Below are positions 61,301-64,000 of a stretch of 64,000 nt of DNA, one piece after another (position 1 is the stretch's first letter; each line of letters starts with the position of its first letter). The notes beneath the pieces were generated by a model. That model was given only the letters and a program-made list of their open reading frames with translations. It was not told the origin of the DNA and searched no databases. Origin of the DNA: Eledone cirrhosa (lineage: Eukaryota); the NCBI GenBank assembly GCA_964016885.1, contig OZ024741.1, positions 254,448,001 through 254,512,000 on the forward strand. Reading direction: 5' to 3'. The position numbers and the translations under genes were made by a program.

Positions 61301-64000
61301 ACAACAACACCGGCACTGACACAGAAAACAGCAACAACTACAACAACACTGGCACGGAAAACAGCAACAACAGCAACAACAACACTGGCACTGACACAGA
61401 AAACAGCAACAACAGCAACAACACTGGCACTGACACAGAAAACAGCAACAACCGTGGCACTGACACAGAAAACAGCAACAACAGCAACAATAACACTGGC
61501 ACTGGCACAGAAAACAGCAACAGCAACACTGGAACTGACACAGAAAACAGCAACAGTAACAACAACAACACTGGCACTGACACAGAAAACAGCAACAACA
61601 ACAACACTGGCACTGACAGTGAAAATAGCAACAGCAACAACACTGGCACTGACAGTGAAAACAGCAACAGCAACAACACTGGCGCTGACAGAGAAAACAG
61701 CAACAACAACAACACTGGCACCGACACAGAAAACAGCAACAACAACAACACTGGCACTGACAGAGAAAACACCAACAACTACAACACTGGCACTGACAGA
61801 GAAAACAGCAACAACAACACTGGCAGTGACAGAGAAAACAGCAACAACAACAACACTGGCACTGACACAGAAAACAGCAACAACAACAGTGGCACTGACA
61901 CAGAAAACAGCAACAACTACAACAACACTGGCACTGACAGAGAAAACAGCAACAACAACAACACTGGCACTGACACAGAAAACAGCAACAACTACAACAA
62001 CACTGGCACTGACAGAGAAAACAGCAACAACTACAACAACACTGGCACTGACAGAGAAAACAGCAACAACTACAACAACACTGGCACTGACACAGAAAAC
62101 AGCAACAACTACAACAACACTGGCACTGACACAGAAAACAGCAACAACAACAACACTGGCACTGACAGAGAAAACAGCAACAACTACAACAACACTGGCA
62201 CTGACAGAGAAAACAGCAACAACAACAACACTGGCACTGACACAGAAAACAGCAACAACTACAACAACACTGGCATTGACAGAGAAAACAGCAACAACTA
62301 CAACAACACTGGCACTGACAGAGAAAACAGCAACAGCAACAACACTGGCACTGACACAGAAAACAGCAACAACAGCAACAACAACACTGGCACTGACACA
62401 GAAAACAGCAACAACAGCAACAACAACACTGGCACTGACACAGAAAACAGCAACAACAACAACACTGGCACTGACAGAGAAAACAGCAACAACAACACTG
62501 GCACTGACAGAGAAAACAGCAACAACAACAACACTGGCACTGACACAGAAAACAGCAACAACAACAGTGGCACTGACACAGAAAACAGCAACAACTACAA
62601 CAACACTGGCACTGACACAGAAAACAACAACAACAACACTGGCACTGATACAGAAAAGAGAAACAACTACAACAACAATGGCACTGACAGAGAAAGCAGC
62701 AACAACTACAACAACACTGGCACTGACAGAGAAAACAGCAACAGCAACAACACTGGCACTGTCACAGAAAACAGCAACAACTACAACAACACTGGCACTG
62801 ACAGAGAAAACAGCAACAACTACAACAACACTGGCACTGACAGAGAAAACAGCAACAACTACAACAACACTGGCACTGACACAGAAAACAGCAACAACTA
62901 CAACAACACTGGCCCTGACACAGAAAACAGCAACAACAACAACACTGGTACTGATAGAGAAAACAGCAACAACAACAACACTGGCACTGACAGAGAAAAC
63001 AGCAACAACAAAAACAGCGGCACTGACACAGAAAACAGCAACAACTACAACAACACTGGCACGGAAAACAGCAACAACAGCAACAACAACACAGCACTGA
63101 CACAGAAAACAGCAACAACAGCAACAACACTGGCACTGACACAGAAAACAGCAACAACCGTGGCACTGACACAGAAAACAGCAACAACAGCAACAATAAC
63201 ACTTGCACTGGCACAGAAAACAGCAACAGCAACACTGGAACTGACACAGAAAACAGCAACAGTAACAACAACAACACTGGCACTGACACAGAAAACAGCA
63301 ACAACAACAACACTGGCACTGACAGTGAAAATAGCAACAGCAACAACACTGCACTGACAGTGAAAATAGCAACAGCAACAACACTGGCACTGACAGAGAA
63401 AACAGCAACAACAACAACACTGGCACCGACACAGAAAACAGCAACAACAACAACACTGGCACTGACAGAGAAAACAGCAACAACTACAACACTGGCACTG
63501 ACAGAGAAAGCAGCAACAACAACAACAACACTGGCACTGACAGAGAAAACAGCAACAACTACAACAACACTGGCACTGACACAGAAAACAACAACAACTA
63601 CAACAACACTGGCACTGACAGAGAAAACAGCAACAACTACAACAACACTGACACTGACAGAGAAAACAACAACAACAGCAACAACACTGGCACTGACACA
63701 GAAAACAGCAACAACTACAACAACACTGGCACTGGCAGAGAAAACAGCAACAACTACAACAACACTGGCACTGACAGAGAAAACAGCAACAACTACAACA
63801 ACACTGGCACTGACACAGAAAACAGCAACAACTACAACAACACTGGCACTGACACAGAAAACAGCAACAACTTCAACAACACTGGCACTGACAGAGAAAA
63901 CAGCAACAACAACAACACTGGCACTGACACAGAAAACAGCAACAACTACAACAACACTGGCACTGACAGAGAAAACAGCAACAACTACAACAACACTGGC
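55366..64000 (+). repeat. Very recent 5096-bp tandem block duplication; second copy truncated by the window end
   Basis: ORF pairs 55495/60591, 56242/61338, 57202/62298, 57666/62762 and 58064/63160 are all offset by 5096 bp. Shared private variants include AAAAGAGAA, CTGTCACAG, AAAACAGCGGCA and the ACACAGCACTG frameshift. Confidence 0.9.
58600..60500 (+). repeat. Dispersed block duplicate of about 48.2-50.1 kb (offset 10393 bp)
   Basis: ORF pairs 48572/58965 and 49520/59913. Shared GCAACGACA, AAACGGCA, ACAATAGCA and CTGCCACTG occur in the same order. Confidence 0.83.

Larger units (their letters stand above)
1..64000 (+). repeat. Large tandem satellite/minisatellite array; 36/39-bp monomer CTGGCACTGACA[G/C]AGAAAACAGCAACAAC[T/A]ACAACA(ACA); about 1,700 copies; extends beyond both window edges
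   Basis: The core ACACTGGCACTGACA recurs every ~30-45 bp from position 28 to the last base, always in the same orientation, with no unique interruption seen. The 39-bp consensus contains 19 A, 11 C, 6 G and 3 T. All six-frame ORFs are periodic translations of this unit. Confidence 0.98.

Noticed and set aside
2202-62594. Many short MLLFSVSVPVLLLL ORFs resembling signal peptides or small membrane peptides
   Set aside because: They come from the third minus frame of the repeat and are bounded by TAG from the ACT(A) linker variant. Their recurrence only tracks block duplications.
1-64000. CRISPR array (constant ~24-bp repeat with period 36-39 bp)
   Set aside because: The intervening segments are short (ACA)n linkers, not unique spacers. 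The repeat is not palindromic, and no leader or cas gene is present.
1-64000. Antifreeze glycoprotein gene
   Set aside because: AFGPs are (Thr-Ala/Pro-Ala)n tripeptide repeats. This unit is a 12-13-residue LALT[E/Q]KTATn with poly-Thr and contains stops and frameshifts.
1-64000. Intrinsically bent DNA from phased A-tracts
   Set aside because: There is only one A4 tract per 36-39 bp (about 3.4-3.7 helical turns), so successive tracts are not in helical phase.
1-64000. Canonical telomerase-type telomeric repeat
   Set aside because: The unit is long and variable, lacks GGG-type runs, and shows multi-kb block duplications that indicate recombination-based turnover rather than templated addition.
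1-64000. Pure sequencing artefact or synthetic low-complexity sequence
   Set aside because: Rare variants are shared in collinear order between distant blocks with graded divergence, as expected of an evolved array. Local misassembly of individual blocks remains possible.
1-64000. Promoters, terminators, tRNA/rRNA genes or transposon insertions
   Set aside because: No non-repeat sequence, hairpin with U-tract, terminal inverted repeat or target-site duplication was seen in the window.

Overview
All 64 kb of this window is a single head-to-tail tandem repeat array (satellite/minisatellite) in one orientation. I saw no unique sequence, and the array runs off both ends. The monomer is CTGGCACTGACA-[G/C]AG-AAAACAGCA-(ACA/ACT)n, mostly 39 bp or 36 bp, with roughly 1,700 copies (64,000 divided by about 37.5 bp). 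The + strand is very A/C-rich, and the consensus has no CpG. Every ORF in the six-frame track is a translation of this repeat (LALT[E/Q]KTATTTTT, VFSVSASVVVVVA, FLCQCQCCCSCCC or LLLFSVSVPVLLL). I therefore call no gene, RNA gene, mobile element or CRISPR array. The informative signal is in the variant monomers. They show (i) an ordered higher-order cassette of about 1.3-1.7 kb that recurs about 20 times, (ii) nested recent block duplications of 0.5-6 kb, (iii) a left domain (up to about 30.5 kb) and a right domain with different diagnostic variants, (iv) a more diverged zone at about 41.5-46.5 kb, and (v) 25 breaks in the triplet register, all single-base deletions, many shared between duplicated blocks. 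The best reading is a non-coding, probably eukaryotic satellite with higher-order repeat evolution. An origin from a Thr-rich mucin-like exon is possible but unproven. I cannot identify the organism, and the sequence alone does not support a new multi-gene system. All counts and coordinates were obtained by eye and are approximate.
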